Part shown: positions 7,877 to 18,281 of the stretch, piece after piece
Position numbering within the stretch: the first letter of the stretch is position 1
How the letters are laid out: each line of letters begins with the position of its first letter
Origin: Gemmatales bacterium
Lineage (GTDB): Bacteria; Planctomycetota; Planctomycetia; Gemmatales; HRBIN36
Direction of reading: 5' to 3'
Length of the DNA: 64,000 bases
Assembly: GCA_041640595.1 (NCBI GenBank)
Contig: JBEPZY010000001.1
Coordinates: 1,152,001 to 1,216,000, forward strand
Program-made: the position numbers and the translations under genes
The notes under the pieces: model-generated
Seen by the model: the letters and a program-made list of their open reading frames with translations, nothing else
What the model was told of the DNA's origin: nothing
Databases searched by the model: none

Positions 7877-9334
7877 ATGCCCCCTGGGGCGAAACTTCCT
7901 GATACTGGCATCCGTTACCGTGTGCTCGCCTTTTTGTGTCTGCTCTCCATGATCACGTACCTGGACCGAGTCGCTATGGGGGCAGCCGCACCGGCGATTG
8001 CCAGTGCCCTGTTCGGACCGGGAACTGGTGTCGAGGTGTTGAAGTGGGCGTTCACTGCTTTCACGTTCGCTTACGCCACTTTCGAAGTGCCTAGCGGTTG
8101 GCTTGGGGACGTCTTCGGACCGAAACGCACGCTAATCCGCATTGTGCTGTGGTGGTCTGCATTCACCGCCCTGACCGGACTCACAGCCTGGGAAATCACC
8201 AACGGCTGGCATGTGTTCGGCACCGGCACCGTCGCTCTGGGCTGGCTGATCGCCATTCGCTTTTTATTCGGCGTGGGAGAAGCAGGAGCCTATCCGAATA
8301 TCACCCGTGCCCTGCACAACTGGATGCCGTTTAGCGAACGGGGTCAGGCCCAGGGAGCGGTATGGTTCAGCGGCCGACTCATGGGCGGGCTCACGCCGTT
8401 ATTGTGGGTCGTGCTGGTGGAATGGTTGTTGGGACGCGGTTTGGGCCTTCACGAGGACAGTAGCTGGCGAGTTGCTTTCTGGATTTTTGGTGGCATCGGT
8501 GTGCTCTGGTGCGTGGCTTTCGCCCTGTGGTTCCGCGATCGTCCCGAAGAACATCCCGGCGTCAGTCCGGGAGAGCTGGAGCGCATCCGTTTCGGTCGCC
8601 TGGAGGAAGAAACAGCACACAGCGGCGTGCCCTGGCTGCGATTACTTACCGACCGCAATCTGTGGGCGCTGTGCCTGATGTATTTCTGTGCCGCCTTCGG
8701 CTGGTACTTTCACATCACCTATTTGCCCGGTTTTCTGGAACGACATTACGGGGTGGCGCGCGAGAGTCTATTGGGCGGGTTGTTCAAAGGTGGGCCTCTC
8801 ATTTTCGGTGCACTCGGTTGCATCATTGGTGGCTGGCTTACTGACCGCTGGATTCGCCGTACCGGTGACCGCAAATGGGGACGCCGGCGGTTCGGTATTC
8901 TAGGCCATCTGCTTTGTGCGGCCTGCTTTCCGTTATGCATCGTGGCCCCGTGGGCCTGGCTGTTTGCGTTGTGCATCTCCCTGGCGGCTTTCTGGAACGA
9001 CATTACTATGGGGCCCAGCTGGGCCGTTTGTCAGGACATCGGCAAGCGTTACGCTGCTATTGTGGCCGGCTGCATGAACACCATCGGCAATCTGGGAGGT
9101 GCGGCTGCCAATTTGGTAACCGGCACGGTGGTGCAATGGGCAAAATCGTATTACGCCACCACACATTCCGAACTCGCAGCCGAGCGTATCGGTTACGATC
9201 TCAATTTCGGTCTGTTCGCTCTGGTTTACCTCACTGCCGCCGGGCTGTGGTTCTTCATAGACGCCACCCGACCGGTCGCCGGGCAGCTTGAAGAATTTCC
9301 CGGGCCAACAACTTGCAGTGGTTCGTCCGAGTAG
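7877..9334 (+). CDS. MFS transporter (anion:cation symporter / sugar-acid type)
   Basis: ITYLDRV, FEVPSGWLGDVFGPKR, RFLFGVGEAGAYP, ERGQAQG and MNTIGNLGG motifs; about 12 hydrophobic segments; GGAG RBS before ATG 7877. Confidence 0.9.
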   Translation: MPPGAKLPDTGIRYRVLAFLCLLSMITYLDRVAMGAAAPAIASALFGPGTGVEVLKWAFTAFTFAYATFEVPSGWLGDVFGPKRTLIRIVLWWSAFTALTGLTAWEITNGWHVFGTGTVALGWLIAIRFLFGVGEAGAYPNITRALHNWMPFSERGQAQGAVWFSGRLMGGLTPLLWVVLVEWLLGRGLGLHEDSSWRVAFWIFGGIGVLWCVAFALWFRDRPEEHPGVSPGELERIRFGRLEEETAHSGVPWLRLLTDRNLWALCLMYFCAAFGWYFHITYLPGFLERHYGVARESLLGGLFKGGPLIFGALGCIIGGWLTDRWIRRTGDRKWGRRRFGILGHLLCAACFPLCIVAPWAWLFALCISLAAFWNDITMGPSWAVCQDIGKRYAAIVAGCMNTIGNLGGAAANLVTGTVVQWAKSYYATTHSELAAERIGYDLNFGLFALVYLTAAGLWFFIDATRPVAGQLEEFPGPTTCSGSSE

Positions 9335-9538
9335 CCTCGCGGCGAGCGATAGCCGGGCGACTCAGCCTGACGCACAGGGCTGATGCACTCGGTATCGGTT
9401 TCGCCATGCGATAGATCGCCGGGCGATGTTGGCCAGCACGGTTAGTGAGCCGGGCTTTGGACGGCGGGAAGGCTTGTCTGTATAACACGATGGAGGCACC
9501 CAGCAAACTCGGCCAGCAACTCGAATGGAAGCTCAACC

Positions 9539-10174
9539 GTGAATGGCCGCGTAGAGTCCGACCTGCAAGCTCTGATTGTTCGCTGGCAACAAGGCGACCT
9601 GAGTGCTGCCAACTCTCTTATCCAGTGTACCTGCGACCGCCTGGAAGAGCTAACGCGGCGACTTTACCATCGCGGTTTCGAACACGTCCACCGTTGGGAG
9701 GACACGCACGACATTTTGCAGCGAGCCCTGATGCGTTTGTGGCGGAGTTTACTCCAATCGCCTCCGGCCAGCCTGGCCGACTATTTCTGCCGTGCTGCCA
9801 CGGCCATTCGACGCGAATTGATTGACCTGTGTCGCCATTACTATGGACCGCAGGGAATGGCCAGCCACCACGACACGGGAAAATTCGTGGTTACCGATAC
9901 GGGCAAAGTAAAAACGCTCGTCGAAGAAACCGCCTCTCCCGAAAACGAGCATCCCCCGCTTCTATCCGAACTCACCGAGTTCCATCAGCAGGCCCAGCAG
10001 TTACCGGAACCGGAACGGCAGGTTTTCGACTTGCTGTACTATAATGGACTGACCGCCGCCCAGGCAGCAGCTATTCTGGGCATCAGCAAACGCACGGTCT
10101 TTCGCCGGTGGGAATCGGCGCGTGCTCTGCTGGCGCGCTACTGGCGGGGATCAGCGCCACCCGGAACGGCATGA
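9539..10174 (+). CDS. ECF RNA polymerase sigma-70 factor (planctomycete type)
   Basis: Region 2 (DILQRALMRLW...IRRELIDLCR) and region 4 (LPEPERQVFDLLYYNGLT..QAAAILGISKRTVFRRW). Confidence 0.85.
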   Translation: MNGRVESDLQALIVRWQQGDLSAANSLIQCTCDRLEELTRRLYHRGFEHVHRWEDTHDILQRALMRLWRSLLQSPPASLADYFCRAATAIRRELIDLCRHYYGPQGMASHHDTGKFVVTDTGKVKTLVEETASPENEHPPLLSELTEFHQQAQQLPEPERQVFDLLYYNGLTAAQAAAILGISKRTVFRRWESARALLARYWRGSAPPGTA

Positions 10175-11214
10175 CCACGGTAACTAACCCATTGGATGCT
10201 GGGCCAATTATTGAAACCCACGGCCTGACCAAAATCTATCGCGTTTATCAGAAACAGGAAGGCTTGCTGGGAGCAATCCGGGGTTTATTCCGCAGGCGGT
10301 ACCGGGAAGTTCGTGCCGTGGACGGTATCAGTTTCCGCATCGAATCCGGCGAAATCGTTGGCTTTTTAGGACCCAACGGTGCGGGTAAAACCACCACCCT
10401 GAAAATGCTCTCCGGCCTCATTTATCCCACCTCGGGCACAGCGCGAGTGCTCGGCTTCGTTCCCTGGGAACGGGCCAATGCCTTCCGCCGACAACTGGCC
10501 CTGGTCATGGGGCAGAAGAACCAACTGTGGTGGGACCTCCCCGCTGCTGACAGTTTTGCCCTGCACCGGGCCATTTATTCTCTGCCTCTCGATCAATTTC
10601 AGCAGACGCTGGACGAATTAACCGACCTTTTTGGCGTCGCCCATCTGCTGCGTCAACCGGTTCGTGAGCTGTCCCTGGGCGAACGCATGAAAATGGAACT
10701 CATCGCAGCATTGTTGCACCAGCCTCGCCTGCTGCTGCTGGATGAGCCGACCATCGGTCTGGATGTCGTTGCCCAGGTAAGTATCCGGCGCTGCTTGCGT
10801 GAATACAATCGTCGCCGGGGCGTTACCATCCTGCTCACCAGCCATTACATGAAAGATGTCGAAGCGTTGTGTGAACGAGTGATGGTAATCAGGCATGGCC
10901 AGCTGATCTACGACGGCCCACTCGCCGGCATCATCGAACAGTTCAGCCAATCCAAACTGGTGAAACTCCAGCTGGCCGAAGAAGCTGACCCTGTACCCTT
11001 TCGCCGCTACGGCGAAGTGGTCCACGCGGATGGCCCCCTGATCGAGTTACGTGTGGAACGGCGACGGTTGCCGGAGGTGCTCGCCGCTATCCTCGACCAT
11101 CACCGCGTCCTCGACCTGAATGTTCAGGATCCGCCTCTGGAACAGGTCATTGCCCGCGTCTTCGAAGAGCCGCTAACAGCCCATGAAACCGACTCTCAGC
11201 TCACTATCGTTTGA
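10171..11214 (+). CDS. ABC-2 type transporter ATP-binding protein
   Basis: GPNGAGKTT, LSLGERMK, LLLDEPTIGLD, LTSHYM; ATGA overlap with the sigma gene. Confidence 0.9.
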   Translation: MTTVTNPLDAGPIIETHGLTKIYRVYQKQEGLLGAIRGLFRRRYREVRAVDGISFRIESGEIVGFLGPNGAGKTTTLKMLSGLIYPTSGTARVLGFVPWERANAFRRQLALVMGQKNQLWWDLPAADSFALHRAIYSLPLDQFQQTLDELTDLFGVAHLLRQPVRELSLGERMKMELIAALLHQPRLLLLDEPTIGLDVVAQVSIRRCLREYNRRRGVTILLTSHYMKDVEALCERVMVIRHGQLIYDGPLAGIIEQFSQSKLVKLQLAEEADPVPFRRYGEVVHADGPLIELRVERRRLPEVLAAILDHHRVLDLNVQDPPLEQVIARVFEEPLTAHETDSQLTIV

Positions 11215-12088
11215 GCAAGCCGACCGCTCGGACGATTCTGGTAATGTCTGGCCACGTGCCTCCTTTTTGCTCGAGGCAGGCAAATATGGCCGGATTCTCC
11301 GCATCGCTCTGGTGGAACGTCTGGCCTATCGGCTCGACTTTATCCTGAGCACCTTGCTGCGTTTTTTGCCGATGCTGACCACCATTCTGCTCTGGCTGGC
11401 CGTTTACGCCGGCGCCGGACGATTGTCTGAGGGAGAACTGGGCGGATTTAGCCTCAATGAGATGATCTCCTATCTGCTGCTGGTGCACATCAGCCGGATG
11501 TTTTCGAGCATGCCGGGATTGGCGCAGGGAATTGCCCGTGATATCCGCGACGGCAACCTGAAAAAATATCTGTTGCAGCCCATCTCGCTGCTACCTTATC
11601 TCCTGGCATACCGGGCCGCGCACAAAGTGGCCTACATCACCATGACCGCCGTTCCCTATGCCGTGCTCTTTTTCCTTTGCCGCGACTTTTTCGCAGGCTG
11701 GCCCAGCGCTCCGGTGCTGCTGGCGTATGCGCTTTCGCTGGTTCTTGGATTCCTGGTCGGCTTTTTCTTTGAGGCTGCCCTGGGAATGCTCGGCTTCTGG
11801 TTTCTGGAGGTATCGTCCTTTCTTTACGTGGTCGGCACACTGAATTTCTTTCTGTCCGGACACATGTTTCCGTTCGATTTGCTCCCGGCTACGTTCGCAC
11901 ATATCCTGAAAAACCTGCCCTTCCAGTATCTGGCTTATTTCCCGGCGGCGATCTTTCTGAACAAGGTGCCGCAGGACATGCTGTTTTCAGCACTGGCTAC
12001 CGAGGCGGCATGGGCGATCGCTCTGGCGCTGCTGGCTGGTTGGCTATACCGTTGCGGTCTGCGTCGCTATAGCGCTTACGGAGGCTGA
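11183..12088 (+). CDS. ABC-2 family permease (DUF990-type)
   Basis: About 6 TM segments, IRDGNLKKYLLQP, FLSGHMFPFDLLP, C-terminal GLRRYSAYGG; start uncertain. Confidence 0.85.
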   Translation: MKPTLSSLSFEQADRSDDSGNVWPRASFLLEAGKYGRILRIALVERLAYRLDFILSTLLRFLPMLTTILLWLAVYAGAGRLSEGELGGFSLNEMISYLLLVHISRMFSSMPGLAQGIARDIRDGNLKKYLLQPISLLPYLLAYRAAHKVAYITMTAVPYAVLFFLCRDFFAGWPSAPVLLAYALSLVLGFLVGFFFEAALGMLGFWFLEVSSFLYVVGTLNFFLSGHMFPFDLLPATFAHILKNLPFQYLAYFPAAIFLNKVPQDMLFSALATEAAWAIALALLAGWLYRCGLRRYSAYGG

Positions 12089-12090
12089 AG

Positions 12091-12900
12091 ATGCGTGCCC
12101 TGCTGCATTACGCACGGGTCTGGCTGGCGTTTGCCCGTTTCGGATTGATGCGCGAGCTTTCCTTTCGTGGCAACTTTTTGATCAAAGTCAGCGTTGAAAT
12201 ACTCTGGCTGGCCATCCTGCTCATCTTTTACGACATGGTCTTCACCCATACCCGCGTTGTCGCCGAATGGAGCCGGGACGAATACCTCTTTTTCGTCGGT
12301 TGCTACTACGCTCTTGGCGGGGTCATCGAAACTTTCTTCCTGATCAACTGCAGCGAGTTTTCCGAACTCGTACGCACCGGTGATTTGGACTTCTACCTGC
12401 TTTTACCGGCGAATGAACAGTTCCTCATTACCACCCGCGATCTCGACTGGGCGACTTTGCCCAACATCTTTCTGGGAGCGGGCGTCAGTATCGTGGCGCT
12501 GGAGCGGCTCGGCTGGCCAGTCGAGCTGGGGCGTTTGCTCTTGTTCCTGATACTTTTCGGCTGCGGTGTAGCCCTTGCGTACAGTTTTCTGGTACTTTTG
12601 ACGGCAGCTTCCGTCTGGCTGGTGCGCAATCAAAGTCTGTACGAGGTGTGGTGGCTCTTTACTACCTTCATGCGCTATCCGCGGGAAATCTTCACCGGAC
12701 GCTGGGCGTATCCGATCGGCTGGTTCTTTAGCTTCGTCGTACCGTTGATCATCGTCACCAACGTGCCGGCGCGGGTGATGGTGAAAGCCCTGGAACCGGA
12801 ACTGGCCGTTTATACCGTGCTCGCCAGCGTTGTGCTGGTGGCAATCAGTGGCAAAATCTTTCGCCTGTCTTTACAACACTACCGTAGCGCCAGTAGCTGA
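12091..12900 (+). CDS. ABC-2 family permease (second subunit)
   Basis: VRTGDLDFYLLLP, MRYPREIF, C-terminal YRSASS; about 6 TM segments. Confidence 0.85.
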   Translation: MRALLHYARVWLAFARFGLMRELSFRGNFLIKVSVEILWLAILLIFYDMVFTHTRVVAEWSRDEYLFFVGCYYALGGVIETFFLINCSEFSELVRTGDLDFYLLLPANEQFLITTRDLDWATLPNIFLGAGVSIVALERLGWPVELGRLLLFLILFGCGVALAYSFLVLLTAASVWLVRNQSLYEVWWLFTTFMRYPREIFTGRWAYPIGWFFSFVVPLIIVTNVPARVMVKALEPELAVYTVLASVVLVAISGKIFRLSLQHYRSASS

Positions 12901-12995
12901 ATGCACATGTGCTCGTGGCCCCAACTTGCAAAAATGCGTCGGGATTTGGCGTAACCGTGTCGAGATCACGTCGAGATCACCTGGAGGAAGACCGC

Positions 12996-14411
12996 ATGGT
13001 ACAAGCAAACCGGCACGCCCGGCTGCGATCGGCGAGCTTTCGGCATGGAACGTGTTTCACGCCCGCAGGTCTTGCTTTGGTTATTGGCCTGGCGTGCTGG
13101 CTGGGAATACTTCCTGTCAGCAGTCAAGAGAAAAATTCCTCGGCCGAGCGGGTACTGGTTGGTGCTGCGGCAGTAGCATTGCAGGCCGATGACAGTATGG
13201 TCATCGGCGGAAGCATTTTCCCCGGGCGTGCTTCCGGTCAGGAGGGAGAATTGCGGGCAGTTGCCGTGGTACTCGAAAAACCAGGCCAGGGCCGACTGGC
13301 GATCGTCTCCTGTGATGTTCTGATGTTGACGCGGGACTTGCTCGATCCGGTGGCGGAACAGGTTGCCAGGGAGTTTGATATCCCCGCAGATCGGTTGCTG
13401 ATCCACGCCACGCACACTCACCACGCTCCCAGTACCGTGACCGTACACGGCTACGAGCGCGATGAGGTTTTCTGCCGGCGAGTACAGGAAGGGATTCGGT
13501 CGGCTCTGGCCAAAGCGGTTGCGCAACGGGCTGAGGCGGAGTGTTATTTTGCCCTTGGTCAGGAAGCTACGGTTGGACAGAACAGCCGACTGCTGCTGAG
13601 CGACGGTACGATTTACTGGATCGGACCGCGAGAAGATGCAGTGCGACCGACGGGGCCTTTTGATCCCGACCTGCCAGTGTTGGCGTTTCGCCGTCAGGAT
13701 CGCTGGGTGGCTGTGCTTTTCAATCATTCAACGCACACCATCGGCACACGCAAGCCGGGCGTGCGTTCGCCTTCTTTTTACGGTCTGGCAGCACAGGAAC
13801 TCGAACAGGAGCTGGGAGGCATCGTGTGTTTTCTGGAAGGCGCCTCCGGCTCAACGCACAATCTGAACGTGCCATGTCACGAGGCGGTTTACCGTATCAA
13901 GTCGGCAGTGCGGGCCGCGCTGCATGATGCGCGACCGATCCCGATTGCCAGGCTGCGTGGCGTCCGCAAACCGTTCCGCTTTCGCATCCGCCACTTTGAT
14001 GAAATGCAGGAAGAGCAAGCGGTTTTGCGCTATTGCCGTCGGCGTGCCGAGAAAAATGCCGAGGCCATCGCTGCGGTCTTCCGCAAACAGCGCCAGATTC
14101 TGGCTCCGCTGCAAGGGCAGGAACGCACTACCTGGTTGCAGGTGCTCCAGATAGGCGACATCACGCTGGCCGGTGTGCCTGGCGAGTTTTTCACCAAACT
14201 CGGGCTGGACATCAAACGCCGTTCGCCTTTCCGTTACACCTACATTGCCGAGCTGGCCAATGATTGGATCGGTTATTTGCCCGATCGGGAGGCTTTCAAG
14301 CTGGGTGGCTACCAGACCTGGACGGGCCTGCACAGCTATGCCGAGCCCGGAACCGGCGAACGCATCGTGGACGAGATCGTCAACTTGCTCACCGCTTATC
14401 ACCAGCATTAA
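12996..14411 (+). CDS. Neutral/alkaline ceramidase-like metalloamidohydrolase
   Basis: HATHTHHAP, GPFDPDL, GVPGEFF and ELANDWIGYLP..EAFKLGGY motifs; GGAGG RBS before ATG 12996. Confidence 0.75.
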   Translation: MVQANRHARLRSASFRHGTCFTPAGLALVIGLACWLGILPVSSQEKNSSAERVLVGAAAVALQADDSMVIGGSIFPGRASGQEGELRAVAVVLEKPGQGRLAIVSCDVLMLTRDLLDPVAEQVAREFDIPADRLLIHATHTHHAPSTVTVHGYERDEVFCRRVQEGIRSALAKAVAQRAEAECYFALGQEATVGQNSRLLLSDGTIYWIGPREDAVRPTGPFDPDLPVLAFRRQDRWVAVLFNHSTHTIGTRKPGVRSPSFYGLAAQELEQELGGIVCFLEGASGSTHNLNVPCHEAVYRIKSAVRAALHDARPIPIARLRGVRKPFRFRIRHFDEMQEEQAVLRYCRRRAEKNAEAIAAVFRKQRQILAPLQGQERTTWLQVLQIGDITLAGVPGEFFTKLGLDIKRRSPFRYTYIAELANDWIGYLPDREAFKLGGYQTWTGLHSYAEPGTGERIVDEIVNLLTAYHQH

Positions 14412-14895
14412 ACGACGCCGGTTCGCGTTGACAGGCATCTGGGCACAATGGCCTCCACATCGCATATATCCGGGCCACGGTTGGAAACCAACCGGGCATT
14501 GCCTGGTGTCATTGTGTTGCGCACTCACGCCATTTCAAAACCGTAAATCGGTGGGGCTAAGCAAGACGGCGTGCGTTGTCGGCAATAATGCACATAACGC
14601 CGCATCAGCACATGGCCCGTTAGTTTCGACTGCTCTGCGACAGGCTGAAAGAGTAGCTGGCAGCAGCAGAGCTATTTCACGGGTTATGTCGGTGGGTTGG
14701 GCAGGCCAGAAGGGCAATCGGCGAGCGCTTGGCAGGATTTTTGAGATCGGCGGAGGAGAGCGTAAAATATGGCACAGAAGGTGTGGGGATGGAGACAGGC
14801 CGGTCGAATCTGACTTGTACACGGGGAGGACTCGCAACAATCGGCAATAAGGAAAATTCGAAGGAGCGGCTGACGCAGGTCGGCCAGCATACGCT

Positions 14896-15858
14896 ATGCC
14901 TCTAACGCTCGAAGAGTATGCGGAATATCTGGACAAGCGTGGGGACTTAAGCTGGCCTGCTCCGCCCACGCTTGCACCGCGGAAAGCCCGTCCCCACCTG
15001 GTTGGCCTGCCCGGAATACGTGGTGTGGTGTGGAGTTGTTACGGTGTGCTGGTGGCCATCAGTGGCGGCGAGCTGGTCTGGCTGCCGCAAGATAAGTTTG
15101 TTGCGGAATTGGCCTTCGAGAAACTCGTGCGGGAATTCAAGTTATGGCAGGCGATGACCCGCCGACCGGGAAACCCGGCCGAACATCTCCGCGTTATGTA
15201 TCAAACCGCCCTGGATGAACAGCAATTCCAGGCCGGCGGTCGTGATCGCTATCCGGAGGTGCGAGCCGAGAAGGTCTGGGAAGCCGTGTTCAAGAAACTC
15301 AAACCGAGCGAATTCAATTTCGATCCGCTTTTTTACGGCAGTCTCGACGAGTTCTGCCTGAAGGTGGCCTACTTTTACCAACGCAGCATCCAGGGCACCC
15401 AGGCCATGCCGGGAGCACTGGCCATGCTGCAGTGGGTATCGGAACACTTGGAGTTTCAGGGGTTGCTTGCCGATGGGCAGGCCTTCAGCTGGCTGCATAT
15501 TCAGCGTGGATTGCAGGAGGAAGGTTGGAAAAGGCCCCTGGAAGATCTGCTGCCGCAGCGCTGGCAGGTCTGGTCTTATCAAGTGGGTGGGCGCAAACCC
15601 TCGGAACGGTTGTTTCGGGAAATGCTGGATCGCCTGCAGCAAGCCGGCCTGGAGCCAGCCGAGGTTCTGCTCGTGGGTTGCCGCATCGAAGAAGACATAG
15701 CCCCAGCGCGTCGGTGGGGATTTCGCACGGCGCTGTTTGTCGGCGATAAGCAAGCCGTTCGCGCCAAAAGTACACAACTCGCCGATCCCCGTTTGCGGCC
15801 CGATGTGCTCCTAACTGACCTTACTCAACTGCGCGAGTGTCTCGCCGGCAATACGTAA
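14896..15858 (+). CDS. HAD-like fold protein with degenerate catalytic motifs
   Basis: RKPSERLF, EVLLVGCRIEEDIAPARRWGFRTALF, PDVLLTDL; motif I reads WSCYGVLV. Confidence 0.7.
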   Translation: MPLTLEEYAEYLDKRGDLSWPAPPTLAPRKARPHLVGLPGIRGVVWSCYGVLVAISGGELVWLPQDKFVAELAFEKLVREFKLWQAMTRRPGNPAEHLRVMYQTALDEQQFQAGGRDRYPEVRAEKVWEAVFKKLKPSEFNFDPLFYGSLDEFCLKVAYFYQRSIQGTQAMPGALAMLQWVSEHLEFQGLLADGQAFSWLHIQRGLQEEGWKRPLEDLLPQRWQVWSYQVGGRKPSERLFREMLDRLQQAGLEPAEVLLVGCRIEEDIAPARRWGFRTALFVGDKQAVRAKSTQLADPRLRPDVLLTDLTQLRECLAGNT

Positions 15859-15931
15859 TCGTTTCGTCCTGCCAACCGCTGGTCATTTTTCCGCCACGTG
15901 TCATCTGCGAGCTAACACGTGTCTCCAACCG

Positions 15932-18229
15932 TCATTTGCGGTTCTGCTGCAGGTGTAGCAAAGTCTGCTTGAGCTGTTCGATGGTGATCGGTTTGGCGAG
16001 GACATGGCAGATATTGGAAGACGGTGCTTTGCCGTGCTGTACTTGTTCGCCCCAACCAGTTAGCAGAATTACGGGAATGTCGGGATTATGCCGGCTTACT
16101 AGCTCGGCGACCTGCTGGCCGTTGAGTTTGGGCATGCCGAAATCCGTAATGACCAGGTCGTAATGCTTGCGTTCCAGTTGTGCCAACGCTTGCTCGGCAT
16201 CGGAAAAAGCATCGGGACTATGGCCCAGGTGCAGTAAACATTGCCGCAGAAAGGTGAGAACGTGCGGTTCATCATCCACCACCAGTACCCGCATCGTTTG
16301 CGAAACCGCAGGTACCGGCCGGAAAGCATCCCGGTTGGCTTGCACGGAAACCTCGCGGGGTAACGGCAGGCGAATCGTGAACGTGGAACCGCGTCCCGGT
16401 TCGGATTCCACCGTGATCTCGCCCCCATGACGCTTGATGATGGCGTAGGAAATACTCAGGCCCAGCCCTGTGCCACGCTCTTTCTTGGTGGTGAAAAACG
16501 GTTCGAACAGCCGTTGCCGAACTTCCGGCGACATGCCGAGCCCGGTGTCGCTGACACGAATGGTAACCGCCTGAGCATCGCTTGCCGTGGCAATGGTAAT
16601 TCGACCTCCCTGGGGCATCGCATCTACGGCATTGAAGATCAGATTGGTCAGCACCTCGCGCAGTTCGGTGGCGTTAGCGAGAACGGGATGCTGGGCCTGC
16701 AGATCGAGTTGCACTTCAATAGATTGACCACTGGCTCGAGCTGCGTTATGCCAGCGGGGTCGGGTTAACTCAACCACCTGACGAACCAGGTCGTTGACCA
16801 GCAACAGCTCCGCTGCTTGCAAGCCGCGATCCCAGCGCGTGAAATCCTGGACGCGCCGAACAGTAGAAGCGGCGTCCAGAGCGCAGGTATGCGCCATTCG
16901 CAGCACTTCGCCGATATGAGTCGGTAATTGTGGATCCTTGAGCGCCAGCTCCAGAAATCCAAGCGTGCCGCATAGCGCGTTGTTGAAATCATGGGCCATG
17001 CCACTGGCCATTTCACCCAGCGCACGCATTTTCTCGGCATTGACCAGTTGCTGCTGGAGCTTTTGCAACTGCTCATAGGCCTGTCTCAGTCGCTCGGTCA
17101 GCTGCAAGCTGTGAATCATGGGGCCGAGTAAATCGGCAACCGTGTGCGCCAGCTGAATCTGCACGCGCGTGAACCCCGCAGTCCGTGTCGAAAGCAAAAC
17201 CAAAACACCGACGGTTTCGCTACCAGCCAGTAAAGGCAGGGCGACACCAACAGCAAAGCCAAGTTTGCCCCAATTCTGCAACTCCGTCGAAGAGTGTGCG
17301 GATAAATTGTCCACGTAAAGAATTCGCCGCTCATTTACGACAGGTGCCAGGGCAGTATTCTCCAGGGCCAGCTCGGTCGGTAAACTTTGCCAGCGAAGCC
17401 AAAAGGAGTCCGAGCGTTTCTTCGAAGCCGAGGTCAGCAAATCGCCGCACGCAGCCAATTGCAAGCGCGCTGGGGGAGCGGTCTGAAGAGTCCAGATAGT
17501 AGCGAGGGTACCGGGAAGGTATCGGCTCAACTCGCGTAATGCGAATTGCAATGTACGCTGCAGGTCTTTCTGGCTCCCAGCATACTGAGCCACTTGCGTC
17601 AGCAACCGCACTTGCACGAACAGCTGGTTCTCATCGAGATCGGACGTTTCCTGCCAGAGTTTGGCCAGCCGGATCAAAATGGCGGCTTCCTTCGCGGTAA
17701 AGGCTGGCCGGCCAGGCAGACGCAATAAGCTGAAGACGAGGCGATCCTGCCGGCTCAGGTCGAGAGTAAATGCCAGCAACGAGCCCGGCAACGATACGCC
17801 CAATTCCGCGGCCGAACACGCCTTCCCGCTACCCGAGCCGATTTGCTGTTGGGCGATTCGCAGCACCAATTCCTGCCAATCAGGCCAATCATCCCAAGAA
17901 TAGGCAGCTCCGTCGTGGGAAAAGCAGCGGACCTGCTCCTGCACCCGGCCTTCGGAATTTGTGCTGGCCACTATCACCTGGTCACTCTCCGTAGCCAGGC
18001 ACATCAACTCCACCAGACAATCTGGCAGCGAAGCGCGTTCCGCGCAAAATCCCGGAACCTCGGGACTGGTGAGACATCTCCATACCGTTTTCTCTGAACC
18101 GCTGTTCGTAGAGCAGCACTGATTCAGCACCGACCGAGCCGAAGCGGTACACCCTTGCAGATTGGTGATAGCGGCTTCCTCGCCGTTACCCTGACACGAA
18201 TCTGTCGCCGTCAATTGTTCTCGCGTCAT
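15932..18229 (-). CDS. Hybrid sensor histidine kinase (GAF-HisKA-HATPase-REC)
   Basis: AHDFNNAL H-box, NLIFNAVDAM, DTGLGM, FEPFFTTK, GTGLGL; receiver VLVVDDE...ITDFGMP...KP; start may be 18304. Confidence 0.9.
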   Translation of the reverse strand: MTREQLTATDSCQGNGEEAAITNLQGCTASARSVLNQCCSTNSGSEKTVWRCLTSPEVPGFCAERASLPDCLVELMCLATESDQVIVASTNSEGRVQEQVRCFSHDGAAYSWDDWPDWQELVLRIAQQQIGSGSGKACSAAELGVSLPGSLLAFTLDLSRQDRLVFSLLRLPGRPAFTAKEAAILIRLAKLWQETSDLDENQLFVQVRLLTQVAQYAGSQKDLQRTLQFALRELSRYLPGTLATIWTLQTAPPARLQLAACGDLLTSASKKRSDSFWLRWQSLPTELALENTALAPVVNERRILYVDNLSAHSSTELQNWGKLGFAVGVALPLLAGSETVGVLVLLSTRTAGFTRVQIQLAHTVADLLGPMIHSLQLTERLRQAYEQLQKLQQQLVNAEKMRALGEMASGMAHDFNNALCGTLGFLELALKDPQLPTHIGEVLRMAHTCALDAASTVRRVQDFTRWDRGLQAAELLLVNDLVRQVVELTRPRWHNAARASGQSIEVQLDLQAQHPVLANATELREVLTNLIFNAVDAMPQGGRITIATASDAQAVTIRVSDTGLGMSPEVRQRLFEPFFTTKKERGTGLGLSISYAIIKRHGGEITVESEPGRGSTFTIRLPLPREVSVQANRDAFRPVPAVSQTMRVLVVDDEPHVLTFLRQCLLHLGHSPDAFSDAEQALAQLERKHYDLVITDFGMPKLNGQQVAELVSRHNPDIPVILLTGWGEQVQHGKAPSSNICHVLAKPITIEQLKQTLLHLQQNRK

Positions 18230-18281
18230 CGCATCGCTTCCTTGAAATCGCCCTGCAAAGCCAGCGCCCGAATCTTTTGCA

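Noticed and set aside
9346..9426. gcgata...gccgggcga repeated with about 66 bp period
   Set aside because: Only about 9-12 bp match, too short to count as another repeat-spacer unit
12959..12980. 11-bp tandem duplication gtcgagatcac x2
   Set aside because: Simple slippage-type duplication upstream of an RBS, with no further support
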